The translations under genes and the position numbers were made by a program. The notes under the pieces were generated by a model that was not told where the DNA came from, ran no database searches, and saw only the letters and a program-made list of their open reading frames with translations. From the NCBI GenBank assembly GCA_001179505.1, contig CDMY01000701.1, forward strand, positions 1 to 28,957: a stretch of DNA of 28,957 nucleotides, written 5' to 3'. How positions within the stretch are numbered: position 1 is the first letter of the stretch; the number at the start of each line of letters is the position of its first letter. Below are positions 1-10,495 of the stretch, one piece after another. The stretch comes from Vitrella brassicaformis CCMP3155 (Eukaryota > Protista > Chromerida).

Positions 1-649
1 GCCCGCTTCCATGACAAGCACCCTCCCCACCCCCTGATCACCACACAACACACGCACGCACCGGTGTCTTCATACCTGAACGTCGAGGCTGCGGACGAGA
101 AGGGGCAAGGCTGCTGATCTGCGACTTCGTCAGAGAGGGGAGAGGAATCACGAACACTCACGTTGATCAAAGATCTTCACTGCCGACACGTATTCTTTCA
201 AACGGAGGCTGTTTCAAGTCTGCGCACGCACGTCGTTGCTTGTCCGGCTACGGACATCACATACATCCACAAATCACATCACTTCGCCACCCCACACCGT
301 CATTCTCCCTCATTCTTTCCTCTGTGGATGTTCTCTCTCTGAGCCTCTTTCTCTTGAAGTTCGTGCAGGTGCGATCGACCAAAACAAAATCCATCAACGT
401 GTGGCGCTCACTGCTTCCCATCAATTCACATCAGACAGTACGTTTCTGCACTGTAGAAATCGACGTCTCCCCGAGTCATGCCCCGAGCCCCAGTCAAACG
501 ATTGGCTCTGTCTTTACAAGCATTGGGCTGTCATTGGCAGGAGAACGATTCAAGGCCACCCTTTCACCCATTCAGTAAGCGAACAACGTGCGCCACACAG
601 CCAAAAGAAAACCCATCCCCATCCCTCATTACATGCAATCTCTGAGTGA

Positions 650-1244
650 GGAAGGAAGTCCGTCGTCACCCGAGAATCAGCGTCGCCCTCACATCCCGCC
701 TATCAAACGGAAGGAGCGCAAGAACGACAAGGGCAAGGACAAGCTCTCCAAAGGTGACATCATCCTGTCAACAACGATTACTTGCATCCCGCGAGCATCG
801 TTTCATTGTATGGCTTCCACCACTGTGTGTGTTTGCTCAGGCAAGATGAGTGATCTCTTCGGCAAGGCCAAAGATGCTGGGGTGGACGGCGACAAGGTCA
901 CCACCTCATTCGCCGCCAAGGGTGCGTCAGCAACATGTGCACGCACACTTTCATGACAGACACAAAGCACTCGCGCCCTCTGTGTATGTGTTTTTATCGC
1001 CTCCAGGTGCTATGGAGGTCGAAGCTGTCGGCGACAACAATGACGGCATGCAATCGCCTTTGCCGGCGCCTCCGGCGCCGTTCAATCTGTTGTCCTCATC
1101 GAACGACAATGGCGGACTAGGTCAGGCACATGGCACTCATACCATGCGCACACATCACCCATGGATAGCTATGTATCCGCGCAGGTGGTGTGACTGCTGG
1201 TTCACCTTCGGGCGGCAACCATGAAGGCGCTGCGGCTGTAGCAG
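650..1244 (+). pseudogene. Spliced gene fragment of unknown function (copy 1): Lys-rich, then low-complexity Gly/Pro/Ser exons
   Basis: GT-AG introns at 754-840, 922-1006 and 1121-1184 join ...KDKLSK-GKMSDLFGKAKDAGVDGDKVTTSFAAK-GAMEVEAVGDNNDG...-GGVTAGSPSGGNHEGAAAVA in one frame. The 5' start is not identified, and the sequence switches to unrelated coding DNA at 1245. Confidence 0.5.
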
Positions 1245-2314
1245 GCTGCTACGCCTTCTCGCATCCAAGAGTGGGTGGAGCTCAACAAGCTCGACATTGA
1301 AAAGCAGACGGCCGTGGCTTATCACGCCATCCGCAGCCATTCAGCCATCGTCTTCGAGGAGCGCTTCTTCCACCGCATGTGGATCGGTGCCTACCAGTGG
1401 GGCGTCGAGCAACCCATCAAGGACTACGCGACCGTGGTGATCCTCGACGAGCGGCTCAAGGGCCACGAGCTGTGGGAAGGCAAAGAGGCCTTCTGCCGCT
1501 GGTTTGCGGTCTTGCTCGACAACAAGTTCAAGAGCTATGAGAACTATCACTACCAGATGGCCGGCGCCAGCCAGCTCAGAGCGAATCAAGCTTATCCGGC
1601 CTACCGCGTGCTCGTGTGAGATGGGCTTTTATGCTCACTCTTGGGGCTCTGCAGATCGGTGGCGTACCTCAAGACGGACTGGGGTACAACACACACACAT
1701 ACATACACCACCAGCAGCATCACCGCCACACGCACACTGCGATGGCTGCTGTGTGTGTTGGTCAGGTTTGTCGACCGGCGAAAAGCTCGTCTTCCATACC
1801 GACGCATACGTGGTGGACTTCAAGAACGAGGTCTTCCACGCCGACTGGGATCCTCTCAGTGCGGCCTACTATCGCACCATCAAGGACTCCAGTACGCACC
1901 AACACACAGCATGCGCACATGCATACTGTCATCATTGTAGTGTCCGTCTGCTTGCGCGTGTGTGTGCAGTCTCGTTCTTCAAGAGCCAACACAACATCAC
2001 GAACAAGACGCAGCTGACGCTGGCGAGCGAGTACCTCGCTTAGGTGAGCAGCCGCTTCCCCGGGCTCATTCCGTCCAGGCAGGGCAGCAACAAGTTCGCC
2101 GCCTTCACGCCACTGCCCGCCGAGTGGATCGAGAAGGAGTTCAAGTCCATCCCTATCGACCATCCAGATCGTAAGCATCCCACCCACCCACGCACATCTG
2201 CATGGATGGATGTACATCAAGTCATTCCTCCTTGGTCTAATATGTTTGCAGTGCAAAAGGCCATCCACATTGGGCAGCCTGGCTGTGCGTTCGGAATGGT
2301 CAATGATGAGTTTG
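1245..2314 (+). pseudogene. Five-exon fragment of an uncharacterised protein with one in-frame TAG
   Basis: Exons 1245-1615, 1655-1683, 1766-1891, 1970-2170 and 2252-2314 all splice in frame through canonical GT-AG sites (…YPAYRVLV-SVAYLKTDWG-GLSTGEKLVFHTDAY…TIKDS-ISFFKSQ…EYLA*VSSRFPG…DHPD-LQKAIHIGQPGCAFGMVNDEF). Codons are GC3-rich, the TAG is at 2041-2043, and the 3' part is lost in the gap. Confidence 0.65.
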
Positions 2315-2409
2315 GTGAGCAGGGGAACAACACGAACGAGGGCCCAGCCATTCACACAATGAGCATGACACAGACACACTCACTGTGTGTGGTCTGTTTC
2401 AGAGTCAGC

Positions 2410-2709
2410 NNNNNNNNNNNNNNNNNNNNNNNNNNNNNNNNNNNNNNNNNNNNNNNNNNNNNNNNNNNNNNNNNNNNNNNNNNNNNNNNNNNNNNNNNNN
2501 NNNNNNNNNNNNNNNNNNNNNNNNNNNNNNNNNNNNNNNNNNNNNNNNNNNNNNNNNNNNNNNNNNNNNNNNNNNNNNNNNNNNNNNNNNNNNNNNNNNN
2601 NNNNNNNNNNNNNNNNNNNNNNNNNNNNNNNNNNNNNNNNNNNNNNNNNNNNNNNNNNNNNNNNNNNNNNNNNNNNNNNNNNNNNNNNNNNNNNNNNNNN
2701 NNNNNNNNN
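2410..2709. other. Assembly gap (also 5728-6027, 9428-9727, 11257-11556)
   Basis: Four runs of exactly 300 N, i.e. placeholder size. Each abuts a repeat. Confidence 1.
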
Positions 2710-3030
2710 GCGTCAGCAACATGTGCACGCACACTTTCATGACAGACACAAAGCACTCCCGCCCTCTGTGTATGTGTTTTTATCGCCTCCAGGTGCTATG
2801 GAGGTCGAAGCTGTCGGCGACAACAATGACGGCATGAAGTCGCCTTTGTCGACGACTCCTCAGCCGCTCGGTACGCTGCCCTTATCGAACAACAACGAAC
2901 GACTCAGTCAGGCACATGGCACCCATACCATGCGCACACATCACCCATGAATGGATATGTATCCGAGCAGGTGGTGTGGCTACTGGTTCGCCTTCGGGCG
3001 GCAACCATCAAGGCGCTGCGGCTGTAGCAG
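2710..3030 (+). repeat. Diverged direct duplicate of 924-1244
   Basis: Both segments are 321 nt and colinear from gcgtcagcaacatgtgc to gctgtagcag, with many substitutions. Their downstream sequences are unrelated. Confidence 0.95.
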
Positions 3031-3881
3031 GTGCGTCGGAAGACGACAACCCACCCAACGGCATGCAGCTCGGTGAGCATCCTCGCACACACGCGAAGAC
3101 ATTCACACATCTCTCTCATTCTGATCCTTTCTGTGCGTCAGACGTTGTACCCGATAGACACACACACAAACGTAGACACGTGTGTGTATGCGATGCGAAC
3201 TTGCAATGAATGGATCCATCAATCGATGACCGCATCATGCGCAACCATCAAGTCGTCCATCACAAACGACGAACCATTCATCAATCAGCATGCATGTGTC
3301 CGACACATACATACAAACCAACGTGACGACACACAGTGAGGGCACGCATACAGACCAATCTGATACGTCTCTCTCCTTGTGTCTCTGCTGCTGTCAGGCA
3401 TTCTGTGAGCGGCCAAGTGGTCTGTGTTCATACAAGCCACGAGCGTCGCCACACTGGAGACAGACAGCCTTCTCGAGTGCCAGACCGCCGACTGCTGCAC
3501 CGCCACCTACCACATATACAACGACGCCCTACCACATATACAGCGTCCGCCGGTTCTATCAGCTGTTGGACGAGTCGGGGGAGCACCGGTGGGTGAATGT
3601 TGATCAGGACGGAAGGCTGATCGATGGCCAAGGGAGGCCGATCGATGACCAAGGAATGCCGATCGAGCGGGCAGACAGCGGGGCTACGATGCATGTCAGT
3701 GCTCAGCCCAGCGAGGGAGGAGGGGAGAGAGGTGGCATGGATGGAGGGAATGATGGAGGAGACGAGCGAGTGGGCCACAGACTTCGTGAGACACGTGAGT
3801 GAGGTGGAGCGAGAGTTGAATGCCGAGCAGGCTATGGCAGAGGAGGATAGTGGTGAGCAGGTGAACGTAGATATCGATTGA
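2793..3881 (+). pseudogene. Copy 2 of the 650-1244 gene with its downstream exon(s); degenerate Cys/His (PHD-like) motif
   Basis: The donor at 3031 and acceptor at 3397 give GIL*AAKWSVFIQATSVATLETDSLLECQTADCCTATYHIY (TGA at 3406-3408). A 22-nt duplication then shifts the frame to SVRRFYQLLDESGEHRWVNVDQDGRLIDGQGRPIDDQGMPIE. An acidic helical tail ends …EQVNVDID* at 3881 in another frame. Confidence 0.5.
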
Positions 3882-4105
3882 GGCGTGTTGGTGTGGTGAG
3901 TGACTGTCTCTGCATGATTCATGTGTGTTTTTGAACATTCCATCACTCAATCTGTCGATTGCTCGTCGCATTCAATCACTCATTCGCGAGTGAATCACTC
4001 CTGCTTGTCTGTCTTGCCCAAGCAACGCACAAGCACTTGCTTCGCTCGCTTTCCTCGTCCTCGCCGCCGGCCTTTTTTTCCGGGCCAAGCTCGATGCCAG
4101 GCGAG

Positions 4106-5380
4106 TCAGGTGGTCTCGTGTGTCGTGCGTAGCGAGCAAGGCCGCCGTATAAAATGTGTCTCGAGGAAGTCGAGAAGCCCATTGCATCGCGCATCCATGG
4201 CGGCCTGCACCGCCTCGGACCTCGCCAACCCCAGCGTCGTCGTGTCGATCTGAGGGTGGGACGCACGCGAGAAGAACAAGAAGGAAGTGAGCGACGCACT
4301 CTCGTGCAGTACGCAGCCAGCCAGCTGGCTGCCACACCCCCCTCTGGTCATCGGGAGGTGTGGGGCCGGCTGGGACTATTGCAGTTGTGTCCTATGCCGT
4401 ACCAGTGGCGTGCCGGGGTAGGCGATGGTGTTGCGCAAAAGGACATCACTGATGGCGGCGGCGGCAGACTCCAGGTAGCGACAGAACATGCTGTAAGGAC
4501 AGAGGAGAGAGACATCCGCACACACAGACACACACAGGGCTTGTGTGGTCCTCGCAGCTGTCCAGTCGACTCACTTGGTGCTGGCGGGCTCGAGGCGCAG
4601 GACCTCCATCGTGTACCCGCGAGCGATAGCGAGGGCGTCTGCCTGCAGGTTTGTGACCGGGAGACGGTAGAAGGCCTCCTGCAGGTTGCCGTCAAAGAAC
4701 AGGTCCTTCTCGCAGACAAACCGGCCCAGCATGAGAAGGACATAGTTGAGGAAGCGCCCCGTATTCATGGGTGCCACATGCGACATGACGACCATCGTAT
4801 CCAGCCGCTGGCCGAACTTGCTGAAAGACCGCCGCACTCGACATAACGGTGGAAGAAGGCCGAGTCAGTGGCAGGATTCTTGGTGGCTTCAGGAAGGGCG
4901 TCACCACTGCACGTCCAGTGCTGCCAGGGGCTCGATGAGTCGTGAAGGACTGGATAGCTGCACCCCATCCTGGACAATCTGCGCTGGGAGCCGCTCGTGG
5001 GCGGTGATGGCCACATGCAGGTATCGTCGACGAATTTTCACCACATTCAGTGCGCCATCCAGCAGGGGGGAAGCCGCAACGTCCTCTTGGAGGCCTTGGT
5101 TGATTTGTGTCCTGGTCGACGAACTGATCGCGCACCACCTGCAGACGCCAGCAAACATTCAAAGAATGCCGTGACGGGCTCGACATCGTGCGACAGTGCA
5201 GCAGAGCCCACTTGACGTATTCCTCAATGTTGTTGATGAAGTGAATCTTTGGAGGGCGCACGTCGAAGAGTGTGACGGCATCATACCGCTTGTTCTGCAC
5301 CCGGTCGACAATGTGGAATTGCTGGTTGTCAGTCAACTGCCGGTACGGAGGCAGGCGGGCGCGCATCGCGACGCCGGCGA
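4106..5380 (-). pseudogene. Frameshifted multi-exon fragment, possibly the Rep-helicase linker region of a Helitron-like protein
   Basis: GC3-rich minus-strand segments: YDAVTLFDVRPPKIHFINNIEEYVKW; SHVAPMNTGRFLNYVLLMLGRFVCEKDLFFDGNLQEAF; YLESAAAAISDVLLRNTIAYPGTP; AMDARCNGLLDFLETHF. Frameshifts and stops lie between them. The coding origin is clear from the sequence. The Helitron assignment is recalled motif resemblance only, with no Rep or helicase motifs seen. Confidence 0.4.
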
Positions 5381-6027
5381 GCTGGTTGGCTTGGACACCG
5401 GCGGGTGTTGGTCTCCTCCTGTATTCCTCTTCTCACTCTATCCTTTTCTCCCCAACCCCCAGCGACGAGACACTCTACGTGTATCAGGACGGCGAACAAG
5501 TCCCGGCAGATGCCCAGGTGTACCACACTCACTGCCCGTACGTCACCTGCAACGAACCATACATCGTCAAATACAAAATCGTCAAGGCGTAAGCTCTACA
5601 CATACATACAGTCACGCACACGAGCACAATCACACATCCATCCCATTTCCTTCCTTCCTACCTTGTTCTCGCGGCGAGATAGAGAAGCTGCATTCCGTTC
5701 TGGATGAGCTGTGTACCAAGCATAGTCNNNNNNNNNNNNNNNNNNNNNNNNNNNNNNNNNNNNNNNNNNNNNNNNNNNNNNNNNNNNNNNNNNNNNNNNN
5801 NNNNNNNNNNNNNNNNNNNNNNNNNNNNNNNNNNNNNNNNNNNNNNNNNNNNNNNNNNNNNNNNNNNNNNNNNNNNNNNNNNNNNNNNNNNNNNNNNNNN
5901 NNNNNNNNNNNNNNNNNNNNNNNNNNNNNNNNNNNNNNNNNNNNNNNNNNNNNNNNNNNNNNNNNNNNNNNNNNNNNNNNNNNNNNNNNNNNNNNNNNNN
6001 NNNNNNNNNNNNNNNNNNNNNNNNNNN

Positions 6028-6904
6028 CATGGGTGCCACATGCGACATGACGACCATCGTATCCAGCCGCTGGCCGAACTTGCTGAAAGACCGCCGCACT
6101 CGACATAACGGTGGAAGAAGGCCGAGTCAGTGGCAGGATTCTTGGTGGCTTCAGGAAGGGCGTCACCACTGCACGTCCAGTGCTGCCAGGGGCTCGATGA
6201 GTCGTGAAGGACTGGATAGCTGCACCCCATCCTGGACAATCTGCGCTGGGAGCCGCTCGTGGGCGGTGATGGCCACATGCAGGTATCGTCGACGAATTTT
6301 CACCACATTCAGTGCGCCATCCAGCAGGGGGGAAGCCGCAACGTCCTCTTGGAGGCCTTGGTTGATTTGTGTCCTGGTCGACGAACTGATCGCGCACCAC
6401 CTGCAGACGCCAGCAAACATTCAAAGAATGCCGTGACGGGCTCGACACCGTGCGACAGTGCAGCATAGCCCACTTGACGTATTCTTCAATGCTGTCGATG
6501 AAGTGAAGCTCTGGAGGGCGCACGTCGAAGAGTGTGACGGCATCATCATCCGGTCGGCAATGTGGAATTGCTGATTGTCAGTCAGCTGCCGGTACGCAGG
6601 CAACGCCGGCGAGCTGGTTGGCTTGGACACCGGCGGGCGTTGGTCTCCTTCTGTATTCCTCTTCTCACTCTGTCCTTTTCTCCCCAACCCCCAGCGACGA
6701 GACACTCTACGTGTATCAGGACGGCGAACAAGTCCCGGCAGATGCCCAGGTGTACCACACTCACTGCCCGTACGTCACCTGCAACGAACCATACATCGTC
6801 AAATACAAAATCGTCAAGGCGTAAGCTCTACACATACATACAGTCACGCACACGAGCACAATCACACATCCATCCCATTTCCTTCCTTCCTTCTTACCTT
6901 GTTC
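6028..6904 (+). repeat. Tandem segmental duplicate of 4766-5668
   Basis: The left part is essentially identical at offset 1262. The right part has substitutions and short deletions (RPPELHFIDSIEEY vs RPPKIHFINNIEEY on the minus strand). Similarity ends at taccttgttc (5668/6904). Confidence 0.95.
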
Positions 6905-7018
6905 ACCTACAGCAATTCAGTGCCAAGTGCGCCTTCAGCGTCGTTCAGCAGTGCTTCCAGCAGCGCACCCGCGTCCAGCAGTGCATCCAGCAGTGCACTT
7001 GCCACCATCACTGAGTAG
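6695..7018 (+). pseudogene. 3' end of an unknown plus-strand gene (two exons); the first exon is also present at 5463-5588
   Basis: Acceptor ccccag at 6694, exon DETLYVYQDGEQVPADAQVYHTHCPYVTCNEPYIVKYKIVK, intron 6821-6912 (gtaagc…cctacag), then Ser/Ala-rich last exon ANSVPSAPSASFSS…ALATITE*. Confidence 0.45.
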
Positions 7019-8056
7019 CCTACGCACACACACACACACACACAAATGCATGCAAAGACGTGGTTCTCTGTGCCCTGTGCTTTTCACCTGCATGTATATC
7101 TCCCCCACCTGCACCCACACGCACACCATCGCAATCACACCACAGACCAACTCAACACACCTGCACCGTCTTCCACACGAACGACAACACATCGCCTGGA
7201 CACACACAGCAGCACATAACTCAACGCCACCTGCACCACACACGCACAGCACCGCAATGAATACGCGTCGGCCGATGGATGGACGCGTCTCCTCGTCAGA
7301 AGCAACGCTGCTGGGAGCAGGTGCCTGTACATACACAACACAACCGTCTTCCACACGCACGAAACGCACAGCCCCTCATCTGCACCGAAGTCCGACTTCT
7401 TCCGCGTGAAATTCACCTCCAGATGTGGCCTTTTCCCCGTCTGCCTGTCTTCCATGACTTTGACACCTTCAGATGTGGCCTTCTTTCGTTGTCTTCCATG
7501 GTTTCCCGCTCTCAATTACCAAACTCCAAGCTCCCTGATGACCCACACACGTGCATAGAAGCTGTTTGGCGGTGGGAACGCTCCGCTGTTGGATGTTGCT
7601 CAGACATGAACTCTCCTCGCGGTTTTTAGTTGTCTCCTCGGGAACTTCGTCTGTGCGAGCTGCATGTCGATGGAACCCCCCGCGAACGCGGGTCGGCGAA
7701 CGGTTACGAAGGGGGAGGGGCCCCCGAATAATGGGAGGCGATGTCGGTCAGTCCGGTCGGTCGAGGCGATCGGCAAAGGGACAGCATACAAAACTGGCAG
7801 GATCGAAATGATCTCTAATGTTGGTCCCATTAGTGAGTCCATGTTGTATGACCTTCGTGTCGGCCTTGTGTTGGAATTTATCAACGCTGCTTTGTAATGA
7901 GTGAATCTTCGAAAAGAGAGGGAGGATTCTCTGTAGCCCCCGTTTTTCACGGTTCTGAAAGGAAAAAGCAGAGCGATGAGTCCTTTTCTCAGACCAAAGA
8001 ATAAAGGGTCTGGTGCTTTAGGCCCGCTTGCCAAGCTCGCATCGTGAAACTAGTAT

Positions 8057-8116
8057 GAGTAAGGAATTCCTCGTCAAGAGTAAGGAATTCCTTATCGAGT
8101 AAGGAATTCCTTATCG
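8057..8116. repeat. Three tandem 19-21-bp units with palindromic core TAAGGAATTCCTTA
   Basis: Units start at 8057, 8078 and 8097 (gagtaaggaattcc…). Units 2 and 3 contain the perfect 14-bp palindrome. Confidence 0.9.
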
Positions 8117-8862
8117 AAAGGGCCCATTCCGGCGACATTTGCTTCATCTGGGCAGCGATTTTTCCGACCCATCCGCATCCATCTTTGCCTTCGTCGATTT
8201 CAAGCATCTGAGCCTTCCGTTCCCCCCAGAGGTACTTGTGCTCTCAGCCGTCGTCAGCAAGGCCACTGCACGGAGAGGTGTCTCCGCGTCCCTCCATCCA
8301 ACACCTCACCCCACCGTGATCATCCCAGCCGGCCAGAACAGGCCGAAGACCGCAGACGAGGGCTGTCTTCGCCAGATCCACGCACCCAGCTTCTCCCCGA
8401 CAAGATCTCGTGGTCGAGACGTCATCTCCGCAGCTCGGCGGGTTCGTTTGAGTAATAGCTCCATCGTACCAGCCCCTGGTATCTCGTGCTTCCTCTGCTG
8501 ATTGGCGCCTCTGCGCGTGGCCGACAAAGACAGGAAGAGCGGGTAAAGGGATAGGACTGATAGGACGGACACTGACTAGTCTTGACACGTGTGCATTTGT
8601 GCGTTCGACTTGTGTGTGTGCGTAGCCAGTGTGGCATTGTGACTCGTTGCCTTTGACTCATCATGACATCAGGTGCTGCAGGGTGATCAGAAAGGGGTAT
8701 CTGAATCATTGATGAGAATCGTGACTGATTGATTCGATCCTCATAGAGAAACGCTTCGCTAGGAAAGGGAGGGAAGCGTACATCTTCCCTTGTCCTCGCT
8801 GTGCCTCTCCTTTTGGTTTCACGGTGGCACCAAACAACGGAAGGAAGGTGCCCTACAAGATC

Positions 8863-8908
8863 AGGGGTGCTTCGGAAGCACCCCTTCGAGAAACCCTAGG
8901 AACCCTAG
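8863..8908 (+). other. Perfect GC-rich hairpin followed by CTAG (Helitron-3'-end-like)
   Basis: AGGGGTGCTTC-G-GAAGCACCCCT at 8863-8885, CTAG at 8896-8899 (10 nt downstream) and again at 8905-8908. Neither CTAG is followed by the canonical T. Confidence 0.35.
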
Positions 8909-9727
8909 ACAGGGCGAAGAGGAGAATCACCCTTTGACCTCATCGCCAATTGCCGACATTCAGTGTGCAGCAGTTGTTTCATTCGCTTTTCATCGTTTCG
9001 ACCTCCCTGTGTTGCTTCCCATCGTCAGCACAGGCAGATTCAGACCAGTTGTTGTGAGCAGCAGCTAGGTGTGTGCATCGTGTGTCACGAGTGACCGCGA
9101 CTGGCTCCCCCCGTATCGCTGGTTAGGGGGTAGCTCAGATCCTTTCCGACAAAAGTAAAAAATAACCGCGCAGATGGTGTGATTCAATCGGATATATACA
9201 CCGGGGGTCCACTCGCAAACGTCGAGAATCTCGACGTGCAGGCCCCATTTTGCGTGTGACCCCCACAAAATGAAATTGCAGAGAAGCAGCCCGCCCAGAT
9301 TGTGTGACACCAATGTGAACCGGCCTGGTGAGAGCCTCTCACACACCAAGCAGCAGCTCCCCGCTCGGTCACGTTCTTTCACAATTGGCACCCTTCTGAC
9401 AGCGCTCCGTTCTCAGCAACCAAAGCANNNNNNNNNNNNNNNNNNNNNNNNNNNNNNNNNNNNNNNNNNNNNNNNNNNNNNNNNNNNNNNNNNNNNNNNN
9501 NNNNNNNNNNNNNNNNNNNNNNNNNNNNNNNNNNNNNNNNNNNNNNNNNNNNNNNNNNNNNNNNNNNNNNNNNNNNNNNNNNNNNNNNNNNNNNNNNNNN
9601 NNNNNNNNNNNNNNNNNNNNNNNNNNNNNNNNNNNNNNNNNNNNNNNNNNNNNNNNNNNNNNNNNNNNNNNNNNNNNNNNNNNNNNNNNNNNNNNNNNNN
9701 NNNNNNNNNNNNNNNNNNNNNNNNNNN

Positions 9728-9984
9728 CCTCACTCACTCTGGTTGGCGAGATATCACTCACTCAATTCTGTATCACCAATACCTATCTGACCTACTGCTT
9801 TCTCTGCAGTGACTTGACAGACACGAACCGCACTCGGCGCATCTGAACCGTCGCTCGAAGGGCAATCAATTCATTGCCAACATCATCACCTCACTCACTC
9901 TGGTTGGCGAGATATCACTCACTCAATTCTGTACCACCAATACCTATCTGACCTACTGCTTTCTCTGCTGTGAGTTGACAGATA
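9728..9984 (+). repeat. 161-bp tandem array, left arm
   Basis: cactcactctggttggcgagatatc recurs at 9731 and 9892 (period 161). The array runs into the gap. Confidence 0.95.
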
Positions 9985-9988
9985 ACTC

Positions 9989-10495
9989 ATGTTTGATATG
10001 GACAGGCGGGAAGAGGCTGAAGACTGGCGAAGTGCCCTTGGATTGCCGCCACGTTTGGATGGCAGAGACCGTCGAGGCCAGTCCCTACTGCGAGTGAGAG
10101 GACCGGGGAATCGTCAGGCTGCAGGAAGGGCGAGAGGTTCTCCACCTGCAGCAGCTGCAGCAGCAGCAGCAGCAGCGGCACCAGCCCCCCCTCCACCGCC
10201 TCCTGCATTGCAAGCGGTCGGCCATGCAATACTGCCACCAATCGTCCCTTCGCCCGGCGAACACGGACCGCTGTTCCCCCCACTCGCCCCTCCGCCACCA
10301 TTTTTTCCCGAAAACATACCGATGCCTCCCCCATACCTCCCTCTCTTGCCCGACATTCAGCCCGACACATCCGACCATATGCTTGATGCTCCGCCTCAGC
10401 CTCAGCAGCCCGCTGCCGCCGCGGCGGAGAGACGTGAACGGATGAATTTCAGTGTCTCTGTCCATGAACGTCCTTTTTTCGCGATTGCAGGTTGA
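9989..10495 (+). CDS. Low-complexity Ala/Pro-rich ORF (168 aa) in the foldback spacer; function unknown
   Basis: The ATG-initiated ORF starts right after the left arm and contains a (GCA)n poly-Ala run and poly-Pro. No domain was recognised. Confidence 0.3.
   Translation: MFDMDRREEAEDWRSALGLPPRLDGRDRRGQSLLRVRGPGNRQAAGRARGSPPAAAAAAAAAAAPAPPPPPPALQAVGHAILPPIVPSPGEHGPLFPPLAPPPPFFPENIPMPPPYLPLLPDIQPDTSDHMLDAPPQPQQPAAAAAERRERMNFSVSVHERPFFAIAG

Noticed and set aside
1-220. Minus-strand mini-exons (…SLRLKEYVSAVKIFDQ…) with GT-AG boundaries
   Set aside because: Too short, and the best frame contains a stop, so no product can be supported.
7600-8500. ORFs of 70-144 aa in the AT-richer island
   Set aside because: No motifs, conflicting strands and no supporting splice structure.
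8886-8908. Telomere-like aaccct repeats (also 28612-28634)
   Set aside because: Only two imperfect units at each site, which is not an interstitial telomeric array.
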